Assembly (NCBI RefSeq): GCF_030837785.1
Contig: NZ_JAUQYA010000023.1
Strand: one strand, 5' to 3'
Source: Albidovulum sp.
GTDB lineage: Bacteria > Pseudomonadota > Alphaproteobacteria > Rhodobacterales > Rhodobacteraceae
Length of the DNA stretch: 64,000 bases
Of the stretch, positions 8,850 through 19,804 are shown one piece after another. The translations under genes and the position numbers were made by a program. Below the pieces are notes generated by a model. It was given only the letters and a program-made list of their open reading frames with translations, was not told where the DNA came from and searched no databases. The first letter of the stretch is position 1, and each line of letters opens with the position of its first letter.

Positions 8850-9458
8850 CTACTTCCTGCCGCCGATCCGCGGCTCCGTCCCGGCCTTCAGCCGCTCGAT
8901 GTTGGGCAGGTGGCGCCAGAACACGAACGTGGCCAGAGTCACGATCAGGATCACCATGTCGCCGTGGCCGAGAAGTGCGGCCCAGAGGAACCCCGTGGCC
9001 GCCGAAACGAGGGCCGAGAGCGAGGAAATCCGGGTGACGAGCGCGGCCGCGGCCCAGGTGGCGCAGGCCGCGAGCCCGACCGGGAACGCAAGCGCCAGCA
9101 GGATGCCAAGAAAGGTCGCCACGCCCTTGCCGCCCTTGCCGCCGAGCCAGACCGGGAAAAGATGGCCGAGGAAGGCCGCAAGACCGGCAAGCTGCGCCGC
9201 GTCCCCGCCCGCCAGCGCCCGCGCGACCAGCACCGCCAGTGCCCCCTTGCCGCCGTCAAGGAGAAGCGTCGCCAGCGCCGCCGCCTTGTTGCCGGTGCGC
9301 AGGACGTTCGTCGCGCCGATGTTGCCAGAGCCGATCTTGCGCAGGTCGCCGAGCCCCATCGCCCGGGTGACGATGACGCCGAAGGGGATCGAGCCCAGAA
9401 GGTAGCCGAGGATCGCGGTGACGATCAGAATGCCCGCGCCGCTGGTCAACTCCGGCAT
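8850..9458 (-). CDS. plsY: Glycerol-3-phosphate acyltransferase PlsY
   Basis: [28 protein letters not shown] and GGKGVAT motifs. Confidence 0.95.
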   Translation of the reverse strand: MPELTSGAGILIVTAILGYLLGSIPFGVIVTRAMGLGDLRKIGSGNIGATNVLRTGNKAAALATLLLDGGKGALAVLVARALAGGDAAQLAGLAAFLGHLFPVWLGGKGGKGVATFLGILLALAFPVGLAACATWAAAALVTRISSLSALVSAATGFLWAALLGHGDMVILIVTLATFVFWRHLPNIERLKAGTEPRIGGRK

Positions 9459-9459
9459 G

Positions 9460-10734
9460 TCAGCGCCCTTCTCCGAAGACCCGGGTGCCGCCGACCCAGG
9501 TGCCAAGCACCTTGCCCTCCATCCGCTGGCCGTCGAACGGCGTGTTCTTCGACTTCGAGCGGAGGGTAAAGCGGTCGAGCACGAAGGGCGCATCGGGATC
9601 GAAAAGCACGAGGTCGGCCGGCGCGCCGACCGCCAGCCGTCCCTGCGGCAGGCCGAGCCGATTCGCGGGGTTCAGCGCCATCGCCCGGAACAGTTGCGGC
9701 AGGGTCAGCTGGCCCGCGTGATAGAGCCGCATCGCCGCCGGCAGGAAGGTTTCCAGCGCCACCGCTCCGGAAGCGGCATCCTCGAACGGCAGGCGCTTCG
9801 ATTCCTCGTCCTGCGGCGTGTGCATCGAGGAGATGATGTCGATCAGCCCCGCGGCCACCGCCTCCACCACCGCCAGGCGGTCGTCCTCGGATCTGAGCGG
9901 CGGCTTGACCTTGAAGAAGGTGCGGTAGTCGCCGACGTCGAACTCGTTCAGCGTGAGGTGATGGATCGAGGTGCCCGCGGTCACGTCAAAGCCGTTCCGC
10001 TTGGCGCGTTCCAAGGGCGGCAGGGCGCGGGCGGTGGTGATCTGGTCGAAATGGTATCGCGCCCCGGTCATCTCCACCAACCCCATGTCGCGGTCGAAGC
10101 CGATCCGCTCGGCCATCGGGCTGACGCCGGGCAGGCCGCGAAGCGAGGCGAACTTGCCGGAGGTGGTGGCGGCGCCCTGCGACAGCCCCGGTTCCTGCGG
10201 GTGGCCCATGACCAGCGCGCCGAGCGAGCGCGCATAGGTGAGCGCGCGGCCGAGGGCCCTGGTGTCGGTCACCACATGGTCGCAGTCGGTAAACGCGATG
10301 GCGCCGGCGTCGAGGAGGAACCCGATCTCGGTCATCTCGCGCCCCTGCCGCCCCTTGGTCAGCGCCGCCATGTGGCGGATGCGCACCGGGCTCGCCTCGG
10401 CGGCGCGGCGGGTGACGAATTCCAGCACCTCGGGCGTGTCGATCGCCGGGTGGGTGTCGGGCCGGGCGATGATCGTCGTGACGCCCCCGGCGGCGGCGGC
10501 GAGGCCCGCCGAGCGGAACGATTCCTTGTGCCGCTCGCCCGGCTCGCCGATCTTGACGCCCCAGTCGACGATGCCGGGGGCGAGGCACTTGCCCTCGCAG
10601 TCGATGATGGTGGCGCCCTTCGGGGCGGGGTCGTTCAGGGCGGTGATGAGGCCGTTTTCGATGAGCAAGTTGCCGGTGGTTTCGGTGAGCCGCTCGGGGT
10701 CGATGAGAAGGGCGTTGGTGAGCAGAGTGATCAT
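9460..10734 (-). CDS. pyrC: Dihydroorotase (type I / PyrC'-like)
   Basis: AAAAGGVTT and KVKPPLRS motifs, amidohydrolase fold, position in the pyrB operon. Confidence 0.9.
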   Translation of the reverse strand: MITLLTNALLIDPERLTETTGNLLIENGLITALNDPAPKGATIIDCEGKCLAPGIVDWGVKIGEPGERHKESFRSAGLAAAAGGVTTIIARPDTHPAIDTPEVLEFVTRRAAEASPVRIRHMAALTKGRQGREMTEIGFLLDAGAIAFTDCDHVVTDTRALGRALTYARSLGALVMGHPQEPGLSQGAATTSGKFASLRGLPGVSPMAERIGFDRDMGLVEMTGARYHFDQITTARALPPLERAKRNGFDVTAGTSIHHLTLNEFDVGDYRTFFKVKPPLRSEDDRLAVVEAVAAGLIDIISSMHTPQDEESKRLPFEDAASGAVALETFLPAAMRLYHAGQLTLPQLFRAMALNPANRLGLPQGRLAVGAPADLVLFDPDAPFVLDRFTLRSKSKNTPFDGQRMEGKVLGTWVGGTRVFGEGR

Positions 10735-11192
10735 CAGGATTTCTCGGAAAAGTCATCAAACTTCGGGCCAAGTGACTCAGCCAATTCGTGCAGCGCAGCG
10801 CGAAGCCAATGGAACTGGCTTGGCCAGAACGCCTCGTCTGCGAGATTGACGTTCCGCCAGAACAGTTCGACCTTACCGTCGGTTCCGCCCTTGTGGATGA
10901 TCGCCCGCGTGCCCGATCTCAATGCGACGGTGCCGCTTGCTGACGGATCAAGCCAATCCAAGAATTCATGACCGCGTCGAGCGTTGCCGCAGAAGAACTG
11001 AGCTGAGATCTCATCTTTGCCTTGATCCGCTCTTGCCACAAGCATGAAGCCGAGGGGCCAGCGTTTTGCGAACCTTCGATAGGCTTCAGTGCTGCTCTTC
11101 TTGGTCGGCACGTCGGCCGTGTGGGTCGTCGGCTGCGCGTTGCAACACGAAAACGCATCCCAATACCTTAAATAAAACGCATCCGCACTCAC
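10734..11192 (-). CDS. Hypothetical protein, DUF4268-like, lower GC
   Basis: [10 protein letters not shown]-terminus and WPSQFHWL C-terminus; 4-nt overlap with pyrB stop and 1-nt overlap with pyrC start. Confidence 0.6.
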   Translation of the reverse strand: MSADAFYLRYWDAFSCCNAQPTTHTADVPTKKSSTEAYRRFAKRWPLGFMLVARADQGKDEISAQFFCGNARRGHEFLDWLDPSASGTVALRSGTRAIIHKGGTDGKVELFWRNVNLADEAFWPSQFHWLRAALHELAESLGPKFDDFSEKS

Positions 11193-12151
11193 ACCATCAC
11201 CCCCACCGCCTGCCGCCCCCGCTCGGCGCGCAGGTTCCGCGCCAGCAGGTCCATGCAGGCCATGCGGACGGCGACGCCCATCTCCACCTGGTCCTGGATC
11301 ACGCTGCGGTTGATGTCGTCGGCGAGGTCGCCGTCGATCTCCACCCCCCGGTTCATCGGCCCGGGGTGCATGACGATGGCGTCTTCCTTCGCCGCGGCGA
11401 GTTTCTCGGCGTCGAGCCCGTAGCGGTGGTAGTATTCGCGTTCGGAGGGGATGAAGCCGCCGTCCATCCGTTCCTTCTGGAGCCTGAGCATCATCACCAC
11501 GTCGGCGCCCTCCAGCCCCGCCTTCATGTCGTCGAACACCTCGCAGCCGAAGTCGCCGATGCCCGCGGGCATCAGCGTGGGGGGGCCGATCAGGCGAACG
11601 CGGTTCTGCATCTTGCCGAGAAGGATCAGGTTCGAGCGGGCAACGCGCGAATGCGCGATGTCGCCGCAGATCGCCACCGTCAGCCGCTCCAGCCGGCCCT
11701 TCGCGCGGCGGATCGTCAGCGCGTCGAGCAGCGCCTGCGTCGGGTGTTCGTGCCGCCCGTCGCCCGCGTTCAGCACCGCGCAGGTCACCTTCTGCGCCAG
11801 CAGGTCGACCGCGCCCGAGGCCGGGTGGCGGACGACGAGCAGGTCGGGGTGCATGGCGTTCAGCGTCAGCGCCGTGTCGATCAGGGTTTCGCCCTTCTTC
11901 ACCGAGGAATGGGCGACCGACATGTTCATCACGTCGGCACCCAGCCGCTTGCCGGCAAGTTCGAACGACGCCTGGGTGCGCGTCGAGGCCTCGAAGAACA
12001 TGTTGATCTGGGTCATGCCGGCCAGCGCGTCGGCATGTTTCACGGTGCGCCGGTTCAGGTCGACATATTTCTCGGCGAGGTCGAGGACGCTGCGAATCTC
12101 CTCCGGGGCGAGATGTTCGATCCCCAGAAGGTGGCGCGCGCGGAATGTCAT
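11189..12151 (-). CDS. pyrB: Aspartate carbamoyltransferase catalytic subunit
   Basis: [18 protein letters not shown] and HPGPMNRG motifs. Confidence 0.96.
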   Translation of the reverse strand: MTFRARHLLGIEHLAPEEIRSVLDLAEKYVDLNRRTVKHADALAGMTQINMFFEASTRTQASFELAGKRLGADVMNMSVAHSSVKKGETLIDTALTLNAMHPDLLVVRHPASGAVDLLAQKVTCAVLNAGDGRHEHPTQALLDALTIRRAKGRLERLTVAICGDIAHSRVARSNLILLGKMQNRVRLIGPPTLMPAGIGDFGCEVFDDMKAGLEGADVVMMLRLQKERMDGGFIPSEREYYHRYGLDAEKLAAAKEDAIVMHPGPMNRGVEIDGDLADDINRSVIQDQVEMGVAVRMACMDLLARNLRAERGRQAVGVMV

Positions 12152-12258
12152 GAAGGCCCCCGGTCCCCGGCTGAGCCGCTTATCGCAAAGGAACGCGCTG
12201 CGGGCAACGGCGAATGCGGGTGCTTGCCGGGGCGGGGCCCGGGCCATAGGGTCGCGCA

Positions 12259-13038
12259 ATGGACTCACCGGCCGCAGATCTCGACTTCCACGCCGCCAGG
12301 GCGCTTCTCGACTGGCAGGCGGAACTGGGCGCGGACGAGGCCATCGGCGACGCGCCCGTCAACCGCTACGAGGCCAGGGCCGAGGCGCCGAAGGCGGCGC
12401 TCGCGGCGCCGGCGACCGTGCCGGAGGACGCCGATCCGGTGGCGGTGGCCAAGGCGGCGGCCGCCGGGGCCGTGACGCTGGAGACGCTGGCCGAAATCCA
12501 GTCGGCCTTCGATCTTTGCGAGCTGAAGAAGGGCGCGCGCAACTTCGTCTTCGCCGACGGCAACGCGCAGGCCCGCGTCATGATCATCGGCGAGGCGCCG
12601 GGACGCGAGGAAGACCTGGAGGGGCGGCCCTTCGTCGGCCGGGCGGGGCAGCTTCTCGACCGGATGTTCGCGGCGATCGGGCTGGCGCGCACCGCCCACC
12701 ACCGGGACGAGGCGCTTTACATCACCAATGTCATGCCCTGGCGGCCACCACAGAACCGCGAGCCGGCGCCGGCCGAGATCGCCATGATGCTGCCGTTCCT
12801 GACCCGCCATGTGGAGTTCGTGAACCCCGACCTGATCGTGCTGATGGGCAACACGCCCTGCGCCGCCGCACTCGGCCAGCGCGGCATCCTCAGGCTGCGG
12901 GGAACGTGGACCAAGGCGTTCGGCCGCCCGGCGATGCCGATGGCGCATCCGGCCTATCTTCTGCGCAACCCGGCCGCCAAGCGCGAGGCCTGGGCGGACC
13001 TTCTGGAAATCAGGGCGCGGCTGAAGGAGTTGCCATGA
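12259..13038 (+). CDS. Uracil-DNA glycosylase family 4
   Basis: [10 protein letters not shown]...[17 protein letters not shown] and HPAYLLR motifs. Confidence 0.92.
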   Translation: MDSPAADLDFHAARALLDWQAELGADEAIGDAPVNRYEARAEAPKAALAAPATVPEDADPVAVAKAAAAGAVTLETLAEIQSAFDLCELKKGARNFVFADGNAQARVMIIGEAPGREEDLEGRPFVGRAGQLLDRMFAAIGLARTAHHRDEALYITNVMPWRPPQNREPAPAEIAMMLPFLTRHVEFVNPDLIVLMGNTPCAAALGQRGILRLRGTWTKAFGRPAMPMAHPAYLLRNPAAKREAWADLLEIRARLKELP

Positions 13039-13655
13039 TCGTCGATCCCCTCACCCTTGCCGCCTTCGTCCCGGCGGCACTGGCGCTCAACCTCACGCCG
13101 GGGGCGGACATGATGTTCTGCCTTGCGCAGGGAATGCGCGGCGGCCCGCGCCCCGCGGTCGCGGCGAGCGCGGGGATTTCGGCGGGCGCGATGGTCAACG
13201 TGGCGCTTGCGGGGGCGGGGCTCGGCGCGATCGTCGCCTCGCTGCCCTGGCTTTTCGACGCGATCCGCTGGGCGGGCGTCGCCTATCTTCTGTGGCTGGC
13301 GGCGCGCACGCTGCGCACCCCGCTCGGCGCATCACAGACGCCGGCCGTCCATCCGGCGCGGGCCTTCCGTGACGGGTTCCTCGTCAACATCTCCAACCCC
13401 AAGGTGATCCTCTTCATCCTCGCCTTCCTGCCGCAGTTCGTGGACCCGGCGCGCGGCTCGGTGCTGGCGCAGTTCCTGATCCTCGGTTCGGTCATCGGCC
13501 TTGGCGGCTTCGTGGTGAATGCTGCCGTGGGCCTTGGCGCGGGCGGCATCGGCCGGGTGCTCGCGCGGGACCGGCGGGTGGAACGGGGGCTGCGCTGGGC
13601 GTCGGCCTCGGTCTTCGGGCTTCTGGCGGCCCGCCTCGCCTGGGAAAGGGCATGA
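13035..13655 (+). CDS. LysE/RhtB family translocator
   Basis: LTPGADM and NISNPKVILF motifs; hydrophobic. Confidence 0.9.
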   Translation: MIVDPLTLAAFVPAALALNLTPGADMMFCLAQGMRGGPRPAVAASAGISAGAMVNVALAGAGLGAIVASLPWLFDAIRWAGVAYLLWLAARTLRTPLGASQTPAVHPARAFRDGFLVNISNPKVILFILAFLPQFVDPARGSVLAQFLILGSVIGLGGFVVNAAVGLGAGGIGRVLARDRRVERGLRWASASVFGLLAARLAWERA

Positions 13656-13697
13656 TCCCCGCCGCTGACGCAGGCCCCCCGCGGCGCCGGCCCACAC

Positions 13698-14501
13698 CTA
13701 GCCGGTGCAGCCCTCCACCTCGACGACGCGGCCCGCGGCGCCGAAGACCGTGATCCTGACCGCGGAGCGGTCAAGCGCGAAGGGCTTCGCGTCGGAGGGC
13801 ACGAGATCGGCCGTGGCGCTCAGTTCGCCGCCCTCGCGGCGGGTCTCGGCCGGCGAGACCCAGACCGTGCGGTCGGAAAGCTCGACGACCGCCACCTCAT
13901 CGGGGCCGAGCGGGGGCATGGCGAGCCGAGAGGTCAGCCGCAGTCCGTCGCGGATCGGTTCCGCCTCGCAGCGCGCCGCCCTGAGGCCGGCCCGCGCCGC
14001 CGGTTCCGGCATCCGGGCCAGCGCCGCGCCGATCACCGGATCGGGCGCCGCCCCGGGCGAGAGTTCGCCCGCGACCGAGACGGTGACCGGGACGCAGATC
14101 TCGTTGCAGACGCCAAGGTCGATGCGCGCCTTCACCGCGATCGGCCGGCCGGCATCGGCGGCGCTGAACTCCACCGGCAGCACCAGCGCCTCGTGATAGC
14201 CGAAGGTGCGCATCCCGTTCAGGTCGAAGACCTCGGGCTTCGGCCAGTGGAAGGCGACCGCGCGGATGTTTTCCGATTCGCTCCAGTCGAATTGCGGCGG
14301 GATGCCCGCCTCGCCCGGCGCGCGCCAGTAGGTCTTCCATCCCGGCGCGAGCCTCAACTCAAGCGCCGCCATCTGGGTGCCGGCCTCGGTGCGCCAGCCC
14401 TCGCGGAGCGTGGCCGACAGGATGTTCGCCGGCATCTCCTGGCCCATAGCCGGAGAGACGAGTGCCGCGACGGCGACTGAAAGGGCGAACCTGCGCTTCA
14501 T
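13698..14501 (-). CDS. Periplasmic protein with DsbD N-terminal-like domain
   Basis: GWKTYWRAPGEAGIPP and GVCNEICVP motifs; signal peptide. Confidence 0.88.
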   Translation of the reverse strand: MKRRFALSVAVAALVSPAMGQEMPANILSATLREGWRTEAGTQMAALELRLAPGWKTYWRAPGEAGIPPQFDWSESENIRAVAFHWPKPEVFDLNGMRTFGYHEALVLPVEFSAADAGRPIAVKARIDLGVCNEICVPVTVSVAGELSPGAAPDPVIGAALARMPEPAARAGLRAARCEAEPIRDGLRLTSRLAMPPLGPDEVAVVELSDRTVWVSPAETRREGGELSATADLVPSDAKPFALDRSAVRITVFGAAGRVVEVEGCTG

Positions 14502-14638
14502 TCCGGCCAAGGTAGGCGAATGGCCGCCGAATGGAAGTCGCAAGCGGGCAACTCACGAAGAGTTTTCTCTGCAGGGGGCGCCCGCGACCCCTTGCAGCCG
14601 CGGGGAACTCGCCCGATCTTGGCCCCAGGAGGCCAGTG

Positions 14639-15193
14639 ATGAATCTCAGCGGCAAGCTCCTCATCGCGATGCCCGGCATGGGCGACCCCCGCTTCGATCA
14701 CAGCGTCGTCTTTCTCTGCGCGCACTCCGAAGACGGGGCGATGGGGCTCATCGTCAACAAGCCGGCCCGGGATCTGAGCTTCGAAAAGCTTGCCGACCAA
14801 CTCGGCATCGCGCGCACCGGCCGGGCGCGCGAAATTCGCGTGCATTTCGGCGGGCCGGTCGAACATTCGCGCGGTTTCGTGCTGCATTCTGGCGATTATG
14901 CCGGCAGCGGCAGCACGTTGAAGGTCGGCGAAAGGTTCGGCATGACCGCGACGATCGACATCCTCGAGGCGATTGCTGCCGGCCGCGGGCCTGAGGCGTC
15001 GCTCCTGGCGCTCGGCTATGCGGGCTGGGGTCCGGGGCAGCTCGAGGACGAGATCCTGAAGAACGGCTGGCTCACCTGCGACGCGGCGCCCGATCTGGTC
15101 TTTTCCGTCCGCAACGACCAGAAATGGACCCGCGCACTCGGTACGCTCGGGGTCGATCCGCTGACGCTGTCCTCTGCCGCCGGACGCGCCTGA
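14639..15193 (+). CDS. YqgE/AlgH family protein (UPF0301)
   Basis: [19 protein letters not shown] and [11 protein letters not shown] motifs. Confidence 0.93.
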   Translation: MNLSGKLLIAMPGMGDPRFDHSVVFLCAHSEDGAMGLIVNKPARDLSFEKLADQLGIARTGRAREIRVHFGGPVEHSRGFVLHSGDYAGSGSTLKVGERFGMTATIDILEAIAAGRGPEASLLALGYAGWGPGQLEDEILKNGWLTCDAAPDLVFSVRNDQKWTRALGTLGVDPLTLSSAAGRA

Positions 15194-15233
15194 GGCGCGG
15201 GGGCGGGCGCAGGGTCCGGTCGTGCCGCGATGG

Positions 15234-16220
15234 TCACACCCCCGGCCGGGGGGCGGCCGCCCGGCGCAGACGGTCGTTGATCGCCCGGCCGAGGCCGGTG
15301 TCCGGAACCGGTGCCACGGCGATCGGGCCCCGGGCGCGGGCATCCGCCTCGCGCAGGAAGTGGAAGAGATTGGCCGCCGCCTCGACAAGATCGCCCGCGG
15401 GCGAAAGGTTGAGGTCGGCGCCCGGCGCGGCGGGCCCGAAGCCGATCCAGAATTCGCCGGGTTCGGGTCGGGTGACGCCAAGCCGGACCGGTGCCGCCGG
15501 CGCGTAGTGCGAGGCAAGCTGCCCCGGCGCGCTGGGTCGCCCGGTGTGATCGGCGGTGCCACGGCCGGTGCGAAGCGTCGTGCCGAGGCAGGCTTCCAGC
15601 GCCTCGGCCGGAATGCCGCCCGGGCGCAGGAGTGCTGCGCCATCGCCGAGGTCGAGGATGGTCGATTCCACGCCCACGGCAGAAGGCCCGCCGTCGATCA
15701 CCGCGGCGATGCGGCCTGAAAGCCCCGCCAGCACATGATCGGCCCGGGTCGGGCTGATCCGCCCCGAGGGGTTGGCCGAGGGCGCGGCGACCGGACCGCC
15801 GAAGGCGGCGAGAAGCGCGCGGGCCACCGGATGCGCGGGCATCCTGACGGCCACCGTCGGAAGGCCTGCGGTCACGAGGCCCGATATCCCGGCCTCGGCC
15901 CGCAGCGGCAGGACGAGCGTCAGTGGCCCCGGCCAGAAGGCGGCGGCGACCTGTTCCGCCCGCACGTCGAACCGCGCGACCCTTCGCGCCATCGCGATGT
16001 CGGCGACATGAACGATGAGCGGGTTGAACCTTGGCCGCGCCTTCGCCTCGAAGATGCGCGCAACCGCAAGGTCGGACCGCGCATCGGCGCCGAGCCCGTA
16101 GACCGTCTCGGTCGGAAAGGCGACAAGCGCGCCCTCGCGAAGAAGCCGCGCGGCACGGGCAAGGCCGGCCGCGTCCGGCGCCAGGATCGACGTCGCTCTG
16201 CCCTGCGCGCCCGTTGTCAT
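15234..16220 (-). CDS. tsaC: L-threonylcarbamoyladenylate synthase (Sua5/TsaC)
   Basis: FPTETVYGLGA, NPLIVH, APSANPSG and PGQLASHYAP motifs. Confidence 0.93.
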   Translation of the reverse strand: MTTGAQGRATSILAPDAAGLARAARLLREGALVAFPTETVYGLGADARSDLAVARIFEAKARPRFNPLIVHVADIAMARRVARFDVRAEQVAAAFWPGPLTLVLPLRAEAGISGLVTAGLPTVAVRMPAHPVARALLAAFGGPVAAPSANPSGRISPTRADHVLAGLSGRIAAVIDGGPSAVGVESTILDLGDGAALLRPGGIPAEALEACLGTTLRTGRGTADHTGRPSAPGQLASHYAPAAPVRLGVTRPEPGEFWIGFGPAAPGADLNLSPAGDLVEAAANLFHFLREADARARGPIAVAPVPDTGLGRAINDRLRRAAAPRPGV

Positions 16221-16344
16221 GTCGCGGCCTCCCGTGACGCAGCGTCCCGATTGCGGGGGGTATGGCCTTGCGGCGATCATCCCGTCCGGATTACGTGACA
16301 TACGCGCCGGGGCCGGGCTTGCCAAGGCGAGGAGGAGACACTTC

Positions 16345-18036
16345 ATGGCCTACCGCGCCGCCCTTGGCGACATTCGCTTCATTCTCGATCACGTCGTGCC
16401 GCTTGCCCCGATCGCCGCGACCGAGCGGTTCGCCGAGGCGACACCCGACCTTGCCGAGGCGATCCTGACCGAGGCCGCGAAACTGTGCGACACGGTGATG
16501 GCGCCGCTGCGCCGGGCGGGCGACCAGACGCCGGCGCGGCTGGAAAACGGCGTGGTCCGTTCCACCCCCGGCTTCGCCGAGGCGTTCCGCCAGATCGCCG
16601 GCGGCGGCTGGATCGGCGTCAGCGCCCCCTCGGCGCACGGCGGCATGGGGTTGCCGCAGGTGCTGAACATGGCGGTCCACGACATGATGTCGGGCGCCTG
16701 CCTCGCGCTCGAACTCAATCCGCTCTTGACCCAGGGCCAGATCGAGGCGCTGGAGCACCACGCGAGCGACGAGATCAAGGCGCTTTACCTGCCCAAGCTC
16801 ATCTCGGGCGAATGGTCGGGCACGATGAACCTGACCGAGCCGCAGGCGGGGTCCGACGTCGGTGCGCTGCGCGCCCGGGCGGAACCCAGCGGCGACGGCA
16901 CCTATGCCGTCTCGGGCCAGAAGATCTTCATCTCCTGGGGCGACTGCGACATGACCGAGAACGTCTGCCATCTCGTCCTCGCGCGGCTGCCGGGCGCGGC
17001 GGCGGGCACCCGGGGGATCAGCCTCTTTCTCGTGCCGAAATTCATCCCCGACGGGAACGGCAAGCCCGGCGTCCGCAACGGCGTGAATGTCGTCAGCCTC
17101 GAACACAAGCTCGGCCTGCACGGCTCGCCCACCTGCGTGATGGACTATGACCGCGCGACCGGCTGGCTGGTGGGCGAGGAACACAAGGGCATGGCCGCGA
17201 TGTTCACCATGATGAACAACGCCCGCCTTGCCGTCGGCGTGCAGGGCGTGGGCGTGGCGGAAGCCGCCTGTCAGGCGGCGGTGGGCTACGCGTCCGACCG
17301 CAGGCAGATGGGCGCGATCATCGAGCATCCGGACGTGCGGCGGATGCTGGCGACGATGCGCGCCGAGGTCTTCGCCGCCCGCGCCATCGCGCTTGCCTGC
17401 GCGGCGGCGACCGACATGGCGACCGCGACCGGCGAGGCCGACTGGCAGGCGCGGGCGGCCTTGCTCACGCCCATCGCCAAGGCCTATGGCACCGATGTCG
17501 GCTGCGATGTCGCCTCGATGGCGATGCAGGTGCATGGCGGCATGGGCTACATCGAGGAAACCGGGGTCGCGCAGTTCTGGCGCGACGTGCGGGTGACGTC
17601 GATCTACGAGGGGACGAACGGCATCCAGGCGATGGACCTCGTCGGGCGCAAGATGATGGACGGCGGCGAGGCCGCCTTCCGGCTTCTCGAGGAGATCGAG
17701 GCGGGGGCCGAGACCGCGCGCGCGACCCTGCCCGATCTGGCGGGTGCGGTCTGGTCGGCCGCCGAGACGCTGCGCGAGGGGACAGAGGCGATGGTGGCCC
17801 GGGCGATGCCCGACCGTTTCGCTGGCGCCGCGCCCTATCTCGGGGCCTTCGCCCGCGTCCTTGGCGCGCATTGCCACCTTCGCGCCGCGCTGGCCGAAGG
17901 GGGGCAGGGCCCGCGCACGGCGCTGGCGCGGGTCCACATCGAGCGGATATTGCCACACTACGCCGCCTGCCTGGCCGAGGCCAGGGAGGGCGCCGGAGGC
18001 CTTTTCGCGCTTTCGCCCGAGGTGCTCGCGTCGTGA
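16345..18036 (+). CDS. Acyl-CoA dehydrogenase (DmdC-like subfamily)
   Basis: GTMNLTEPQAGSDVG, GISLFLVPK, QVHGGMGYIEE and IYEGTNGIQ motifs. Confidence 0.92.
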   Translation: MAYRAALGDIRFILDHVVPLAPIAATERFAEATPDLAEAILTEAAKLCDTVMAPLRRAGDQTPARLENGVVRSTPGFAEAFRQIAGGGWIGVSAPSAHGGMGLPQVLNMAVHDMMSGACLALELNPLLTQGQIEALEHHASDEIKALYLPKLISGEWSGTMNLTEPQAGSDVGALRARAEPSGDGTYAVSGQKIFISWGDCDMTENVCHLVLARLPGAAAGTRGISLFLVPKFIPDGNGKPGVRNGVNVVSLEHKLGLHGSPTCVMDYDRATGWLVGEEHKGMAAMFTMMNNARLAVGVQGVGVAEAACQAAVGYASDRRQMGAIIEHPDVRRMLATMRAEVFAARAIALACAAATDMATATGEADWQARAALLTPIAKAYGTDVGCDVASMAMQVHGGMGYIEETGVAQFWRDVRVTSIYEGTNGIQAMDLVGRKMMDGGEAAFRLLEEIEAGAETARATLPDLAGAVWSAAETLREGTEAMVARAMPDRFAGAAPYLGAFARVLGAHCHLRAALAEGGQGPRTALARVHIERILPHYAACLAEAREGAGGLFALSPEVLAS

Positions 18037-19079
18037 CTGTCGCGGCCGCGGATGCGGGGATACGCTATCCCTTCGCGCTGGCGCCGGGGCCGGGCGAGGC
18101 CACCGAGGTGGCCGAGGGCATCCTGTGGCTGCGCCTGCCGCTGCCGATGGCGCTTGACCATGTGAACGTCTTCGCTCTCGACGACGGCGACGGCTGGACC
18201 ATCCTCGATACCGGCTTCGACACCGCGAAGACGCGCGCGATCTGGGAAAGCGTGCTGGCCGGGCCGCTGTCCGGCCGGGCGCTGCGGCGGGTGATCGTCA
18301 CCCACTACCATCCCGACCACGTGGGCCTTGCCGGGTGGTTCCAGTCGCGGGGGGCGGAACTGGTGACGACGCGCACCTCGTGGCTTTTCGCGCGGATGCT
18401 CACGCTTGACGAACACAAGCTGCCGGCGGCCGAGACGCTGGAGTTCTGGCGTCGCGCCGGGATGGAGGCGGGCCTTCTGTCGCGCCGTGCCAGGGAACGG
18501 CCCTTCAACTTCTGCGACATGGTGGCGCCCCTGCCGCTCGGCTATACCCGCGTCGCCGAGGGGGATCGCCTCCGGGCGGGCGGGCGCGATTGGACCGTGC
18601 GGGTGGGCCACGGCCACGCGCCCGAACATGCGACGTTCTGGGAAGAGGGCGGCCCCCTCGTCCTTGGCGGCGATCAGCTTCTGCCCTCGATCTCGGCCAA
18701 TCTCGGGGTCTATGCCTCCGAGCCGATGGCCGACCCGGTGGGCGAGTGGCTGGAAAGCTGCGCCGCCTTTCGAACCTTCGCGTCCGAGGATCACCTTGTC
18801 CTGCCCGGCCACAAGCTGCCGTTCACCGGCCTGCCCCTGCGGCTGGGCCAGATGATCGACAACCATCTGGGCGCGCTTGACCGGCTGACGGACCATCTGG
18901 CCGAACCCCGCACTGCCGCAGACTGCTTCGCGCCCTTGTTCAAGCGCGCCATCGGCGAGGCCGAATACGGGCTCGCGCTGGTCGAGGCGGTTGCGCATCT
19001 CAACCATCTCCTGCACCGTGGGCTCGTGGAGCGCACGCTCGATGCGAACGGAGCCTGGCTGTGGCGAAAAGCGACCTGA
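18033..19079 (+). CDS. MBL-fold metallo-hydrolase
   Basis: THYHPDHVG, GHAPEH and LPGH motifs; GTGA overlap with the upstream stop. Confidence 0.9.
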   Translation: MTVAAADAGIRYPFALAPGPGEATEVAEGILWLRLPLPMALDHVNVFALDDGDGWTILDTGFDTAKTRAIWESVLAGPLSGRALRRVIVTHYHPDHVGLAGWFQSRGAELVTTRTSWLFARMLTLDEHKLPAAETLEFWRRAGMEAGLLSRRARERPFNFCDMVAPLPLGYTRVAEGDRLRAGGRDWTVRVGHGHAPEHATFWEEGGPLVLGGDQLLPSISANLGVYASEPMADPVGEWLESCAAFRTFASEDHLVLPGHKLPFTGLPLRLGQMIDNHLGALDRLTDHLAEPRTAADCFAPLFKRAIGEAEYGLALVEAVAHLNHLLHRGLVERTLDANGAWLWRKAT

Positions 19080-19537
19080 CCGACGAAATCCGCACCACCG
19101 CGGAAGCGCACGAGGCCTCGGCCCTGCCGCGGGCGCGGGTCGTCCATACCCTGCCCGACGCCCCGAAGACGGCCGAGATGTGCCCCCTGCCCGACGCGGT
19201 GGCGGCGGAGCCGGTGGAGGCCAAGAGCCCCGCGCAATGGGCCTACGAGCGGCTGATCCTCTACATCCAGAACTTCGAGACCCAGCTCGACGACAAGCAC
19301 GAGGTGGCGATGGGGTTCACCGGCGGCGACGTCGGTGTGTTGCAGATCGAGGGGATCGGCTATTTCGACCCCGACATCGTGACGTTCTACGGCCGCGACG
19401 AGGAGGGCGCGCGGACCCAGCTCATCCAGCATGTCTCGCAACTGAACGTCATGCTGCGCGCCCTGCCCAAGGGGCCCGAGGTCGAGGAGCCGCGCCGCAT
19501 CGGCTTCCGCCTGGCCGCAGACCTCGGCGGCAAGTGA
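19061..19537 (+). CDS. DUF6173-like conserved protein
   Basis: SPAQWAYERL...GYFDPDIVTFYG...QLIQHVSQL...RRIGF; start uncertain. Confidence 0.8.
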   Translation: MAKSDLTDEIRTTAEAHEASALPRARVVHTLPDAPKTAEMCPLPDAVAAEPVEAKSPAQWAYERLILYIQNFETQLDDKHEVAMGFTGGDVGVLQIEGIGYFDPDIVTFYGRDEEGARTQLIQHVSQLNVMLRALPKGPEVEEPRRIGFRLAADLGGK

Positions 19538-19652
19538 GCGGCAGGCGGCATGTCGGATTCGCGCAACGCCCGGGCTGCCCGGCGCCCACAAGGTCGTGAC
19601 AGGCGTGGATGAATCGGTTATTCGGGCGGTAACGCGGGAACAGGAGAGAACG

Positions 19653-19787
19653 ATGGCCGAGTTCAAGCCGGGCAGCATGGATATCCGGGGGCAGGAAAAG
19701 ACCTTCGCCGGCTTCGTGCGTTTCACGATCTGGTCGGTGGCCTTGACCTTTGCCGTCCTGATCTTCCTCGCGCTCGCCAACGCCTGA
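19653..19787 (+). CDS. ctaH: aa3-type cytochrome c oxidase subunit IV
   Basis: GSMDIRGQEKTFAGF followed by a single TM helix ending LALANA; GGAG RBS. Confidence 0.88.
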   Translation: MAEFKPGSMDIRGQEKTFAGFVRFTIWSVALTFAVLIFLALANA

Positions 19788-19804
19788 TCGGGGCGGTCTC
19801 AGCG

